64,000 nucleotides of DNA, taken from positions 19,840,001 to 19,904,000 of the forward strand of contig OZ024759.1 in NCBI GenBank assembly GCA_964016885.1, written 5' to 3'. This document shows positions 39,464-53,041 of this stretch, one piece after another (position 1 is the first letter of the stretch; the number at the start of each line of letters is the position of its first letter). The notes under the pieces were generated by a model. The model was not told the origin of the DNA. It saw nothing but the letters and a program-made list of their open reading frames with translations, and did no database searches. The stretch comes from Eledone cirrhosa (taxonomy: Eukaryota). Made by a program: the position numbers and the translations under genes.

Positions 39464-39806
39464 ACACACACACGCGCACATGCACTCGCACTCACACAGG
39501 CACACACACACATATATATATATATACACACACATATATATATACACACACACAAACACACACACATATATATATATACACACAAACAAACACACACACA
39601 CATATATATATATATACACAAACATACACAAACACAATACACGCACACAAGACAATGCATTCAATACAGACGTTTTCTCTTCTGCCGGTCTTCTCTTATC
39701 ATTTGTTAACCCTGGCAAAGCTGGGTACCTCAGCTAGTATATATATATATATAAGGAATAAAATCAGTTGACAAGAGACTTTGATTCTCCATCATAAATT
39801 TATGTT

Positions 39807-39879
<73 letters not shown>

Positions 39880-39885
<6 letters not shown>

Positions 39886-40162
39886 GTGCCACAACATCCA
39901 GGCCGAAACTAATGAGATCGTGAAGGTGTCACGACAAAAAAACACACAGTCCACGCTGTAATGTGGCCGTGTAGGTAACACAGTAAAAACCTCCCAGTCC
40001 CACACTGTAAATGTGGTTGGTGTTAGGAAGGGCATCCAACTGTAGAAAACCTGCCAGACAGTCCTATGCGAGCAAGACAACCACTCTTGCCTCAAGTGGG
40101 AAAACTCCCGTCCAAACCCATGCAAGCGTGGAACATGGACGTTAAACGATGATGATGATGAT
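39880..40162 (+). mobile_element. SINE family B 3' half
   Basis: AGGAAGGGCATCC, tail, (GAT)n; tail also at 38696-38810. Confidence 0.85.
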
Positions 40163-40164
40163 AT

Positions 40165-40368
40165 ATAAGGGATAAAATCGTTTGACAAGAGACTTTGATT
40201 CTCCATCATAAATTTCTGCTTATATATATATATATGTAAGGAATAAAATCGTTTGACAAGAGACTTTGATTCTCCATCATAAATTTCTGTTTATATATAT
40301 ATATATATATATGTGTAAGGAATAAAATCGTTTGACAAGAGACTTTGATTCTCCATCATAAATTTCTG

Positions 40369-40402
<34 letters not shown>

Positions 40403-40520
40403 AGGAATAAAATCGTTTGACAAGAGACTTTGATTCTCCATCATAAATTTCTGTTTATATATATATATATATATATAAGGAGTAAAATCGGTTGACAAGA
40501 GACTTTGATTCCCCATAAAT
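40165..40520 (+). repeat. Five copies of a ~55-bp unit separated by variable (TA)n (another at 39752)
   Basis: TAAGGAATAAAATCGTTTGACAAGAGACTTTGATTCTCCATCATAAATTTCTG. Confidence 0.9.
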
Positions 40521-40734
40521 ATATATATATATAAATATATGTATGTATATATATATATATATATATACAGAAATTTATGGGGAATCAAAGTCTTTTGTCA
40601 ACTGATTTTATTCCTTACAAGTTGTTTCATCTGATTAGGTTATGGTTGTATACTCACAGATGGGATTAAATATGATCTGTATGCATCCATAGGTTTCTAT
40701 TCAGAATCCTCAGAGGAAAGTTAGTTGTTTATAA

Positions 40735-40923
40735 AAATTGTTTCTACTTTTGGCACAATGCCAAAAATTATCCCAGTACATTACTGGTACTTAATTTTAT
40801 CGACCTCGTAAGGATGAAAGGCATAGTTAACCTCGGCAGAATTTGAACTCAGATCGTAAAGGGACGTAACTATGCTGGAAAGCATGTCCGACCCTCTACC
40901 GATACTGCCAATTCCCCGCCCTT
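40735..40923 (-). mobile_element. SINE family A, full length
   Basis: Reverse complement of GGCGGGGAATTGGCAG...GAGTTCAAAT...GTAGAAACAATT. Confidence 0.85.
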
Positions 40924-41171
40924 AGTTGTTTATAATAATGTCACAAAAAATAAGTATGACCGTACAATTCATTTTGATTAAGTCATCTAACACAATATAA
41001 TATCCTCCCCTCTGAATTTAGGATATATTTCATTTTTGATATATATCAACAGTCGATTGACTTTGAAATCGGACCGAGGAAAGAATGTTTCCATTGGTCT
41101 TTCCAATTGCTAATACTATCTATTGGTTGCAAATCCAGGTAGAATTTGATAATATATATATATATATATAT

Positions 41172-41400
41172 TCGAGAGAAGACTACGTTGGTATGGTCAC
41201 GTGATGCACATGACAGACGACAGCTGTATAAAAAAGTGCAGGGCGATAAAATTAGACGGTAGCCACGGAGTAGGCAGACCCAGAAAAACCTGGGACGACT
41301 TGATAAATTCCGACCTTACACCTCTCCAAGACAATGTCACTGGACCGAGATCTTTGGCGCTACACAGTAATACAGAAGACCCACCTTGCCTAAGTACAAA
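41172..41400 (+). mobile_element. RTE LINE 3' fragment, frameshifted
   Basis: [12 protein letters not shown]...CIKKC...GRPRKTW. Confidence 0.8.
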
Positions 41401-41452
41401 GCGAAACCTACAGTCAGTAGGCACCTCTAACAAAAATACTCCCCTCTATTAT

Positions 41453-41850
41453 GGAGGCACATGGCTTAGTGGTTAGGGCATTGACCTTGCAATCGAAAGG
41501 TTGTGAGTTCAATTCTCAGACCGGGTGATGTGTTGTTTCCTTGAGCAAGACACTTTATTTCACATTGCTCCAGTTTACTCAGCTGTAGAAATGAGATGAT
41601 AGGGACTGGGGTCCCTATCATTCCACTGCTAAGTGGTCGTGGAGGTGCCACAGCAAAAAAGCACCCAGCACTCACTGTAAAGTGGTCGTGGAGGTGCCAC
41701 AGCAAAAAGGCACCCAGCACTCACTGTAAATGAGGTTGGTGTTAGGAAGGGCATCCAGCTGTAGAAATCAAGCCAGAATCAGTTCCCGTCCCACCCTTGC
41801 AAGGAGGGAAAAGCGAACGTAAAATGATGATGATGATGAATGATGATGAT
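41453..41850 (+). mobile_element. SINE family B, full length (tRNA head, CORE-like domain, RTE tail)
   Basis: A-box TGGCTTAGTGG; B-box GAGTTCAATTC; CCTTGAGCAAGACACTT...CTCCAGTTTACTCAGCTGTAGAAATG resembles the MIR/CORE domain; tail matches 27736-27787. Confidence 0.9.
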
Positions 41851-41884
41851 ATAAAAGTATGTTATCAAACACTATTATTTATAT

Positions 41885-41943
41885 CATAATTTAATCTACA
41901 ATTGTTTCATCCTCTTGGGACTCATCAGAATTAACCATTATAT
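41885..41943 (-). ncRNA. Minimal type I hammerhead ribozyme, complete
   Basis: Minus strand TTAATT-CTGATGA-GTCC-CAAGA-GGAT-GAAAC-AATT-GTA-GATTAA; stems I, II and III pair; cleavage triplet GUA; palindromic ACAATTGT. Confidence 0.85.
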
Positions 41944-42278
41944 AAATAATTAACTCAACAAGTTCATCTTTTCAAATGCACAAATAGTCCGTAGAATGTT
42001 TTGTTTACATTTTAAAAAAACAGCATAGTCATACTAAGAGATATTACTTAACACATGCAGCATGACAGTTAATTCACACTGGCACTCACTGTGAATAGTT
42101 ATACTTATTTCCATGGTGTATGTTGTGTAATTGTAAACTGTCCAGATGAGATTTAATCATAGAAGCTCTCACCTGTATAAATTTTAGTAATGTATTTTGG
42201 TGATATATTGATTGGAAGGTTTTTTTCACTGTTGATTCTCTGCTACCTGGCCTCTATCTGTGTGTATATATATATGTA

Positions 42279-42321
<43 letters not shown>

Positions 42322-42343
42322 CTGTATATATATATATATATAT

Positions 42344-42511
42344 ATAGGAACGAGTAGGACCCCGACGGCTAATTCCAGAATTAGCCGTCGAAACGGCTTG
42401 AGCTCAGCCGTCGGGGTCCTACTCGTTCCTATTACTCACTCTACTACCTTAAGTATTGAGTACTTTGGTGCGTTATGGTCCACCTGGTTCCTTACCACAT
42501 TTCCTTCGTTA
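42344..42511 (+). mobile_element. Foldback element family H4
   Basis: ATAGGAACGAGTAGGACCCCGACGGCT inverted against AGCCGTCGGGGTCCTACTCGTTCCTAT; flanked by (TA)n. Confidence 0.75.
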
Positions 42512-42616
42512 TATATATATATATATACAGACACATACACATATACAAACACATGCACCCCCACACACATATTTATATATGTGTGTATATATGTACATAT
42601 AAAGTATATATATATG

Positions 42617-42662
<46 letters not shown>

Positions 42663-42961
42663 CATATATTCATTTAGTGGCATGTGTATATATATGTGTA
42701 TGTGTGTATATATATATACATATATACATATATATATATATGAATTCCACCACATAAATGTATCATATTCAAATATGTCTGCCCCTCATCACACCCATTA
42801 TAGAGACAGACAGACAGACAGGTGTGGGTGTATGTGGAGACAGGTGTATGTGTGTATGAGAGACAGGTGTGTGGAGACTGATGTGTGTGTAGTGTTGTTA
42901 AGGTGCAAGCAGGTAGTCTTGGCATATCTCTTTAAACTTTAGGTGGAGGAGAAAAATTATA

Positions 42962-43525
42962 TTTTCTTCTCTTCCTTCCTTCCCCCTCCTCCCTTCCCCC
43001 TTCCCTCTCTCCCTTCTCCATTCCCCCTTCCCTCTCTCCCTTCTCCCTTCCCCCTTCCCTCTCTCCCTTCACCCCTCATCCCCCCCTTTCCTCTCACCCT
43101 TCCTTGCCTCCCTTACTTCCTTCACTCCCTTCATTCCTTCTCTCTCTCTCTTCTTTCCTCCATTTCTTCCTCTTCCTACATTCATTCCCTCCCTTCCTCC
43201 CTCCATTCGTTTATTCCCTCCTTCCCTTCATTCGTTTATTCTCTCATTCCCTCCTTTTTTTTACTTTCTACTTCTTTCATTCCCTTCTTCTTTTCTCCAC
43301 CTTTCCCTCCCTCGCTCACTCATTCCACTCTATCGTCTTTTTCTTTCTCTCTCCCCCTCCTTCCTTCCTTTCTCTCTCTTTCCCCATTTCCTTCCGTTCC
43401 TTTCCTTCTATCACTTCTCCCTCCTTCACTCATTCCATCCTATATGTCTTTCCTTCTATCCTTCTCCCCTACCTCACCCCTCTTCCTCACCCTCTTCCTT
43501 CTCACACTTCAACCTCCCCCCTCAC
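42962..43525. repeat. Polypyrimidine low-complexity tract
   Basis: CT-rich. Confidence 0.9.
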
Positions 43526-44114
43526 TATTCTAATATTTTCTTTTTTTTGTTTTTGTTTTAATTTGGGAATCCCAGAATTTTGTTATCTTTATTTTAGTTT
43601 TTTTTATATTGTTTTATTTTATTTTATTTTATTTTATTTATTTATTTTTTAATTTTTTATTTTATTTTATTTTTTTGTTTTGTTTTTATTTTTTTTATTA
43701 TTTTGTTTTATTTTAGTTTTTTCTTTCTCTCTTTTGAAATCATTTAATGCTTTAGAAAACTTCTTAATGGTTTGTATGTTTTAAAAATAAACGAGAATTT
43801 TGGATATAACACAAGATTTTCAATACAGCACCTAATTCTGGAAATAAATGAGACTTCGAAAATATCCTGATATTTATTTTGGAAATGTCGAGATTTTTTT
43901 TTGTTTGTTTTTTGTTTTTGCTTTTTGTTGTTGTTTTTTTGTGGGTGGAGGTGGGGGTGAGTATTATCTCGGTAGTTAAGAGATTTCCAGAATGTTTCTG
44001 TCTTTAAAAATAATGAGAAATTTGCACGTAAAATAAGATTTTGGGAAATAACATGCTGTATCAGATCAGAGACTTTGAAAATAATTCCGTGCTTCGGAAG
44101 TTTTATCAAGGAAA

Positions 44115-46895
44115 GGAAAGGAGCTGATTGTCAGCTCAGACTAGAGAATCTATATTTTCACTGGTCTTTCTATTGCTGATACTATTTGTCAGTCACAATT
44201 CCTGGTATAAGGAAGGAGCTGATTGTCAGATCAGACCAAGGAAACAATGTTTCCATTGGTCTTTCTATAGCTGATACTATCTGTCAGTCACAATTCCTGG
44301 TATAAGGAAGGAGCTGATTGTCAGATCAGACCAAGGAAACAATGTTTCCATTGGTCTTTCTATAGCTGATACTATCTGTCAGTCACAATTCCTGGTATAA
44401 GGAAGGAGCTGATTGTCAGATCAGACCAAGGAAACAATGTTTCCATTGGTTTTTCTATAGCTGATACTATCTGTCAGTCACAATTCCTGGTATAAGGAAG
44501 GAGCTGATTGTCAGATCAGACCAAGGAAACAATGTTTCCATTGGTCTTTCTATAGCTGATACTATCTGTCAGTCACAATTCCTGGTATAAGGAAGGAGCT
44601 GATTGTCAGATCAGACCAAGGAAACAATGTTTCCATTGGTCTTTCTATAGCTGATACTATCTGTCAGTCACAATTCCTGGTATAAGGAAGGAGCTGATTG
44701 TCAGATCAGACCAAGGAAACAATGTTTCCATTGGTTTTTCTATAGCTGATACTATCTGTCAGTCACAATTCCTGGTATAAGGAAGGAGCTGATTGTCAGA
44801 TCAGACCAAGGAAACAATGTTTCCATTGGTCTTTCTATAGCTGATACTATCTGTCAGTCACAATTCCTGGTATAAGGAAGGAGCTGATTGTCAGATCAGA
44901 CCAAGGAAACAATGTTTCCATTGGTCTTTCTATAGCTGATACTATCTGTCAGTCACAATTCCTGGTATAAGGAAGGAGCTGATTGTCAGATCAGACCAAG
45001 GAAACAATGTTTCCATTGGTCTTTCTATAGCTGATACTATCTGTCAGTCACAATTCCTGGTATAAGGAAGGAGCTGATTGTCAGATCAGACCAAGGAAAC
45101 AATGTTTCCATTGGTCTTTCTATAGCTGATACTATCTGTCAGTCACAATTCCTGGTATAAGGAAGGAGCTGATTGTCAGATCAGACCAAGGAAACAATGT
45201 TTCCATTGGTTTTTCTATAGCTGATACTATCTGTCAGTCACAATTCCTGGTATAAGGAAGGAGCTGATTGTCAGATCAGACCAAGGAAACAATGTTTCCA
45301 TTGGTCTTTCTATAGCTGATACTATCTGTCAGTCACAATTCCTGGTATAAGGAAGGAGCTGATTGTCAGATAGGATCAAGGAAACAATGTTTCCATTGGT
45401 CTTTCTATAGCTGATACTATCTGTCAGTCACAATTCCTGGTATAAGGAAGGAGCTGATTGTCAGATCAGACCAAGGAAACAATGTTTCCATTGGTCTTTC
45501 TATAGCTGATACTATCTGTCAGTCACAATTCCTGGTATAAGGAAGGAGCTGATTGTCAGATCAGACCAAGGAAACAATGTTCCATTGGTCTTTCTATAGC
45601 TGATACTATCTGTCAGTCACAATTCCTGGTATAAGGAAGGAGCTGATTGTCAGATCAGACCAAGGAAACAATGTTTCCATTGGTCTTTCTATAGCTGATA
45701 CTATCTGTCAGTCACAATTCCTGGTATAAGAAAGCAGCTGATCATTTTATCAGTCTAAGGAAATAATGTTTTCATTAGTCATTCTATTGTTGATATTATC
45801 AATCCCCGGCCACAAGCTCGATGTGTTTTGGTTGATCTCGTTATAAAGAATTTTTCATTACAACAAATTTTTTTTATACCCCGTGAATTTCGTTATAATG
45901 GAATTTCATTGTATAAGAAAGGAGCTGATTGTCAGATAGGATCAAGGAAACAATGTTTCCATTGGTCTTTCTATTGCTGATACTATCTTTCAGTCACAAT
46001 TCCTGGTACAGGTAAACTTCCGTTATAACAAATTTTTTCAGTATAACAACATTTTTTTCAATCCTCGGCCACATGCTCGATGTGTTTAGGTTAATCTCAT
46101 TATAAAGAGTTCTTCGTTATAATGGAATTTCATTGTATAAGACAGGATCTGATTGTGAGACAGTATCAAGGAAACAATATTTCCATTGGTCTTTCTATTG
46201 TTGATATTATCTTTCAGTCACAATTCCTGGTATAAGAAAGGAGATGATTGTCAGATCAGACCAAAGAAACGATGTTTCCACTGGCCTTTCTATTGCTGAT
46301 ATTATCTACTGGTCACAATTCCTGGTATCAGAAAGGAACTGATTGGTAGATCAGACCAAAGAAACAATGTTTCCACTGGCCTTTCTATTGCTGATATTAT
46401 CTACTGGTCACAATTCCTGGTATAAGAAAGGAACTGATTGGTAGATCAGACCAAAGAAACGATGTTTCCACTGGCCTTTCTATTGCTGATATTATCTACT
46501 GGTCACAATTCCTGGTATCAGAAAGGAACTGATTGGTAGATCAGACCAAAGAAACAATGTTTCCACTGGCCTTTCTATTGCTGATATTATCTACTGGTCA
46601 CAATTCCTGGTATAAGAAAGGAGATGATTGTCAGATCAGACCAAAGAAACGATGTTTCCACTGGCCTTTCTATTGCTGATATTATCTACTGGTCACAATT
46701 CCTGGTATCAGAAAGGAACTGATTGGTAGATCAGACCAAAGAAACAATGTTTCCACTGGCCTTTCTAAGGCTGATATTATCTACTGGTCACAATTCCTGG
46801 TATAAGAAAGGAACTGATTGGTAGATCAGACTGAAGAAGCAATGTTTTTATTGGTCTTTCCCTTTCTGATACTATCTACTGGTCACAACTCCTGG
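44115..46895 (+). repeat. 95-bp satellite array, about 26 copies
   Basis: TATAAGGAAG at 44301, 44396 and 44491; two subtypes either side of the MITE interruptions. Confidence 0.95.
46009..46135. mobile_element. Tc1/mariner (pogo/Tigger-like) MITE with TA TSD; partial copy at 45798-45911
   Basis: TA-CAGGTAAACTTCCGTTATAAC ... GTTATAATGGAATTTCATTG-TA. Confidence 0.7.
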
Positions 46896-47464
46896 TACTT
46901 TATTTTATCGACCCTGTAAGGATGAAAGGCAAAGCTAACCCCGGCAGGATTTGAACTCAGAATGTAGAGGGCCATAGCTCTATGCTGCAAAGCATAGTGT
47001 CAGACACTCTATCGATTCTACTGTTAATCCACCACCCTTTAATAATTGTTTCTACTTTTGGCACAAGGCCAGCAATTACCCCAGTGCATTACTGGTATTT
47101 TATTTTATCGACCCCATAAGGATGAAAGGCAAAGCTAACCTCGGCGGGGGAATTTGAACTCAGAACATAAAGGGCCACGATTCTGGCCACAAAGCATAGT
47201 ATCCGACGCTCTACCGATACTGCCAATCCACCACCCTTTAATAATGATTTCTACTATAGACACAAGGCCAGTAATTTGGGGAGAGGGGAAAGTCAATCAA
47301 ATCAAACCCAGTGTATAACTGGTACTTTATTTTATAGACCCCTGTAAGGATGAAAGGCAAAGTTAACCTCGGCGGGATTTGAACTCAGAATGTAAAGTGA
47401 CATAACTATATGACACAAAGCATGGTGTCTGATGTTCTACTGATTCTGCCGATCAGCCACCCTT
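46893..47464 (-). mobile_element. Three head-to-tail SINE family A copies
   Basis: GATTTGAACTCAGAA-type B-box three times; each copy ends CCAC(C)CTT. Confidence 0.85.
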
Positions 47465-47549
47465 GGGTTGTAAATAATGAAATGGATGTTTGGGATGTTG
47501 TTCAGTGGTTTTTGATGTAGGGGAAGGGAGAAGTGGGTGAAGGGAGAGG

Positions 47550-48472
47550 GAACCACCACCACCACCTACATCACCATCATGTGACCATCACCACCACCAT
47601 CATCACCACCCCCATCACATTCACTACCCCCAGCACCACCACCACCACTACCAGCACCACCACCACCACCACCATCACATTCACTACCCCGAGCACCAGC
47701 ACCAGCACCACCATCACATTCACTACCCCTAGCACCACCACCACCACTACCACCATCACATTCACTATCCCCCAGCACCACTACTACCACCATCACATTC
47801 ACTACCCCTAGCACCACCACCACTACCACCATCACATTCACTACCCCCCAGCACCACTACTACCACCATCACATTCACTACCCCTAGCACCACCACCACC
47901 ACTACCACCATCACATTCACTACCCCCCAGCACCACTACTACCACCATCACATTCACTACCCCTAGCACCACCACCACCACTACCACCATCACATTCACT
48001 ACCCCCAGCACCACCACTACCACCATCACATTCACTACCCCTAGCACCACCACCACCACTACCACCATCACATTCACTACCCCCAGCACCACCACTACCA
48101 CCATCACATTCACTACCCCCAGCACCACCACCACCATCACATTCACTACCCCTAGCACCAGCACCACCACCACCACCATCACATTCACTACCCCCAGCAC
48201 CACCACTACCACCATCACATTCACTACCCCCAGCACCACCACTACCACCATCACATTCACTACCCCCAGCACCACCACCACCATCACATTCACTACCCCT
48301 AGCACCAGCACCACCACCACCATCACCACTACCACCATCACATTCACTACCCCCAGCACCACCACCACCACTACCACCACCACTACTACCACCACCACAT
48401 TTACTACCCCCACCACCAGCACCACCACCACTACCACCATCACATTTGCTACCACCACCACCACCACCACAA
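47550..48472. repeat. (ACC)n-based ~33-39 bp minisatellite
   Basis: CACCATCACATTCACTACCCC.AGC units. Confidence 0.9.
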
Positions 48473-48815
48473 CAGTGGAGGAGAATAAATTGATGAAAAC
48501 TTGGTAAATAAGTTGAGATTCTGAGAAGACAAGATTTTGGTAAATAACATGGTGGCTTCAGCAATGGAAGCATGGCATGGTTTCATAGACCCTCTTTCTC
48601 TCTAACTATATATATGTGTGTGTATACACACACATATACATATATGTGTATATGTGTATATTTATATGTATATATATATATATATACATATATAAATATA
48701 TATGTGTGTATATATATATATATACATATATAAATATATATATGTGTCTGCGTATATATATATATATATATACATATACATACACATATATAAATATATA
48801 TATGTGTGTATATAT

Positions 48816-48860
<45 letters not shown>

Positions 48861-48955
48861 CACATATATAAATATATATATATGTGTGTGTGTGTGTATG
48901 TATATATATATATACATGCATACACATGTCTACGTTTCTAATCCCTCATTCTATA

Positions 48956-49000
<45 letters not shown>

Positions 49001-49033
49001 TACATATATACATATAAGTTTATATGTATATAT

Positions 49034-49069
<36 letters not shown>

Positions 49070-49088
49070 GAGTTTTGCAAGGTTTTTG

Positions 49089-49130
<42 letters not shown>

Positions 49131-49379
49131 GTTTGTCTCACTCCCTCTCTCTCTCTCCACCTTCATCCTCTCCCCTCCTATCTCTCTAACTCTCTGTATG
49201 ACCCCTCGAGCAATTCTGCCAAAGTTAATCCAGAGAGCCACCTCGACCATATAAGATAACTTTCCGCTATTCATGACCACACTTGACGAGAAAATTGAAA
49301 TTCTCCAGTAGTGGTGGTAGCGCTACCATTTAGCCAGAAGGACGAGATGTTGATTCCAGCAGAAAAAAATAATACAAAC

Positions 49380-50140
49380 ATAACAGAAATAAACATTAAC
49401 ACCAACAGTAATAGAAATAACAACAACAGTCACAAGAATAATAGAAATAACAACAACAGTCACAACAATAATAGGAATAACAACAACAGTCACAACAATA
49501 ATAGGAATAACAACAACAGTCAGAATAATGTTAAGATCAACAACAATAATAGGAATAACAACAACAGCAACAATAATAGGAATAACAACAACAGTCACAA
49601 TAATATTAACATCAACAACAATAATAGGAATAACAACAACAGTCACAACAATAATAGCAATAACAACAACAGTAATAACAACAACAGTAATAACAATAAC
49701 AACAATCACAGTATTAACAACAACAATAACAATAACAACAACAGTAACATTAACAACAACGACAACAGTAACAATAACAGTAACAACAACAGTAACAACA
49801 ACATAACAACAGTAACAACAACAGTAACAACATAACAACAGGAACAACAACAGTAACAACAACAATAACAACAACAGCAGTAACAACAACAGTAACAACA
49901 ACAACAGCAGTAACAACAACAGTAACAACAACAACAGCAGTAACAACATAACAGTAACAACAACAGTAACAACAACAGCAGTAACAACAGTAACATAACA
50001 ACAGTAACAACAACAGTAACAACAACAGTAACAACAACAGCAGTAACAACAACAGCAGTAACAACAACAACAGTAACAACAACAACAACAGCAGTAACAA
50101 CAACAACAACAGTAACAAAAACAACAACAACAACAAACCA
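49380..50140. repeat. (AAC/AAT/AGT)n trinucleotide repeat
   Basis: Direct inspection. Confidence 0.9.
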
Positions 50141-50229
50141 AGAATTATTTTGGTAAAAGGTTGGAAATGGAATAAAAAAAAAAGAAAAATTGATCAGGAA
50201 AGGGTGTGTTGGTTTGGAAGAGTACAGAC

Positions 50230-51930
50230 ATATGTGGTGGTGTGGTGGTGTGGTAGGGTCTGGTGTGGTGGTGCATGGTGGTGGTGTGTGGGGCGGTGTG
50301 TGGGGTGATGGTGTGTTGGGTGGGGTGTGGTGGTGTAGTGTGGTGGTCTGTGGGGTGGTGTGCTGGATGGGGTGGTGTGTGGTGGTGTAGTGGTGTGGGA
50401 TGTGGGGTGGTGTGGTGAGGTGGGGTGTAGTGGTGTTTGGTGTTGTGTGTGATGGTGTGTGGTGGTGTGTGGTGGTGGTGTGGTGTGTGGTGTGAAGTGA
50501 ATATCTGTGTGTGGAGTGGGTGTGTGTGTGGATAGTCAGTGTGTGTGCGGATAGTCAGTCTGTGTGTGTGTGGAGTGTGTGTGGAAAGAGTGTGTGTATG
50601 TGGAAAGAGAGAGAGTGTGATTCAGCAGAGGTTAGCACACACACACACACGCATACACTCACTCACTCATTCTCTCACTCATACACAAACACACATACAC
50701 ATGCTCTCATGCACTTACACTCACTTACCCAATCTTTCACACACACACTCATGCACACACACACCCACTCATGCACACACTCATGCACACACACACACAC
50801 GCACACACACACACTCATGCACACACATGCACACACTCATGCACAAACACGCACACGCACACACTCATGCATACACGCACACACACATGCACACACACGC
50901 ACACACAGACATACTCATGCACACACACACATGCACTCACACAAACCTGTGGTGTGTTTGGTGCAGCAATATGCAGTGTATGTATGTGTGTGTATGTGTT
51001 GATGTGTGTGAATATGTTATGTGTAGTTGATGTATGTGTGTGTGTGTGACTGTGTGAATGTGTGAATGTGATTTCTGCATATGTGTGTGTTGTGTGTGAA
51101 TGTTGTGATGTGTTGGTGTGTGCGTTGTGTGTGAATGTGTTGATGTGTGTGTTGTGTGTGAATGTGTTGTGATGTATGTGTTGTGTGTGAATGTGTTGTG
51201 ATGTATGTGTTGTGTGTGAATGTGTTGTGATGTATGTGTTGTGTGTGAATGTGTTGTGATGTATGTGTTGTGTGTGAATGTGTTGTGATGTGTTGATGTG
51301 TGTGTTGTGTGTGAATGTGTTGATGTGTGTGTTGTGTGTGAATGTGTTGTGATGTGTGTATGTGTGAATGTGTTGTGATGTGTTGATGTGTGTGTTGTGT
51401 GTGAATGTGTTGTGATGTGTGTGTTGTGTGTGAATGTGTTGTGATGTGTGTGTTGTGTGTGAATGTGTTGTGATGTGTGTGTTGTGTGTGAATGTGTTGT
51501 GATGTATGTGTGAATGTGTTGTGATGTGTGTGTATGTGTTGATTTGTGTTTGTGTGGATTTATTGATGTGTGTGTATGTGTGTGTGTGAATGTGTTGTAT
51601 GTGTGTGTGAATGTGTTGTGGTGTGTGTGAATGTGTGATTGTGTTGAGTGTGTGTGTGAGTTTGTTGTGGGTGGTGTAAGTGTGTGTTGATGTGTGTGTT
51701 GTTGTGTGTATGTGAATGTGTTGTGATGTGTGAATGTGTTGTGATGTGTTGATGTGTGTGAATGTGTTGATGTGTGTGTTGTGTGTGAATGTGTTGATGT
51801 GTGTGTTGTGTGTGAATGTGTTGATGTGTGTGTTGTGTGTGAATGTGTTGATGTGTGTGTTGTGTGTGAATGTGTAAATACGCTGATGTGTGTGTGAATA
51901 TGTAAATGCGTTGATGTGTTGTGTGTGGTA
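50230..51930. repeat. (TGG/TG)n, (CA)n and TGTGAATGTGT repeats
   Basis: Direct inspection. Confidence 0.85.
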
Positions 51931-52064
51931 TATGTGCAGTTGATATGTGCATCTGGTGCATGTGTTGTGACGTTGCCTGCAGTCAGTAATAAAACTCAAT
52001 TATTAAAGCATCTACGGCAACATGCATTTTAAGGTGTGCAGCTATTGGAACTAATCTATCTAAT

Positions 52065-52800
52065 AGCACCACCACCACCACTACCACCACTGGTACCACT
52101 ACCACTATCACTACTACCACCACCATTTTCACTACCACCACCACCACCATCTTTACCACCATCATTACCATCACTACCACCACCATCACTATCATCACCA
52201 CCACCACCACCATCACTACCACCACCACCACCACCACTATTACCACCACCACCACCACTACATTCACCACCACCACCATCATCACTACCACCATCATCAC
52301 TACCACCGCCGCCATCATCACTACCACCACTACCACCACCATCATCACTACCACCACCATCACTATCATCACTACCACCACCATCACTACCACTATCATC
52401 ACCACCACCACCATCACTACCACCACTACCATCATCACTACTATCACCACTACCACCACCACCATCATCACTACCACCATCACCATCACTACCATACCAC
52501 CAACACCATCACCATCATCACCACCACCATCACCATCACCATTACTACCACCATCACCATCACCATCATCACCACCACCATCACCATCACTATCATCACC
52601 ACCACCATCACTATCACCACCACCACCACCACCATCATTACCACCACAACCACCATCACTACTATCACCACCACCACCACCACCACCAACATCACTACCA
52701 CCACCACCATCACTACCACCACCATCATCACTATCACTAACAGCTACCACTATCACCACCATCATCATCTTCACCCCCACCCCCACCACTACCACCCCAC
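52065..52800. repeat. (ACC/ATC/ACT)n trinucleotide repeat
   Basis: Direct inspection. Confidence 0.9.
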
Positions 52801-53041
52801 CTCTTGATGCAGTTTGAATACCTGCCAAGCTTTGCATCAGTTTTCAAGGTTTTCCTTTGACTCAGGGAGGGGGGGAGGGAGATAGAAAGGTAGGTAAAGA
52901 GGGAGAGGTAGAGTGTGAGAGGGGGTGTAGTGGTGAGAGAGTGAGGGTGGGAAGGAGGGAGGGAGGAAGAGAGGTATGGTGGTGGTGGTGGTGGTGCAGA
53001 TGGGGAGAGGAGAGAGAAAACAACAGCATTGAGAAAGATTG

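Noticed and set aside
41453-41530. tRNA gene
   Set aside because: A and B boxes are present but continue into the CORE-like domain and LINE tail; it is a SINE head.
42135-42180. Additional hammerhead (CAGATGAG...GAAG)
   Set aside because: Both core boxes are mutated and there are no convincing stems.
44115-46895. Hammerhead in the 95-bp unit (CTGATTG...GAAAC)
   Set aside because: The core is CUGAUUG rather than CUGANGA, stem II does not close onto GAAA, and GAAAC is sequestered in another hairpin.
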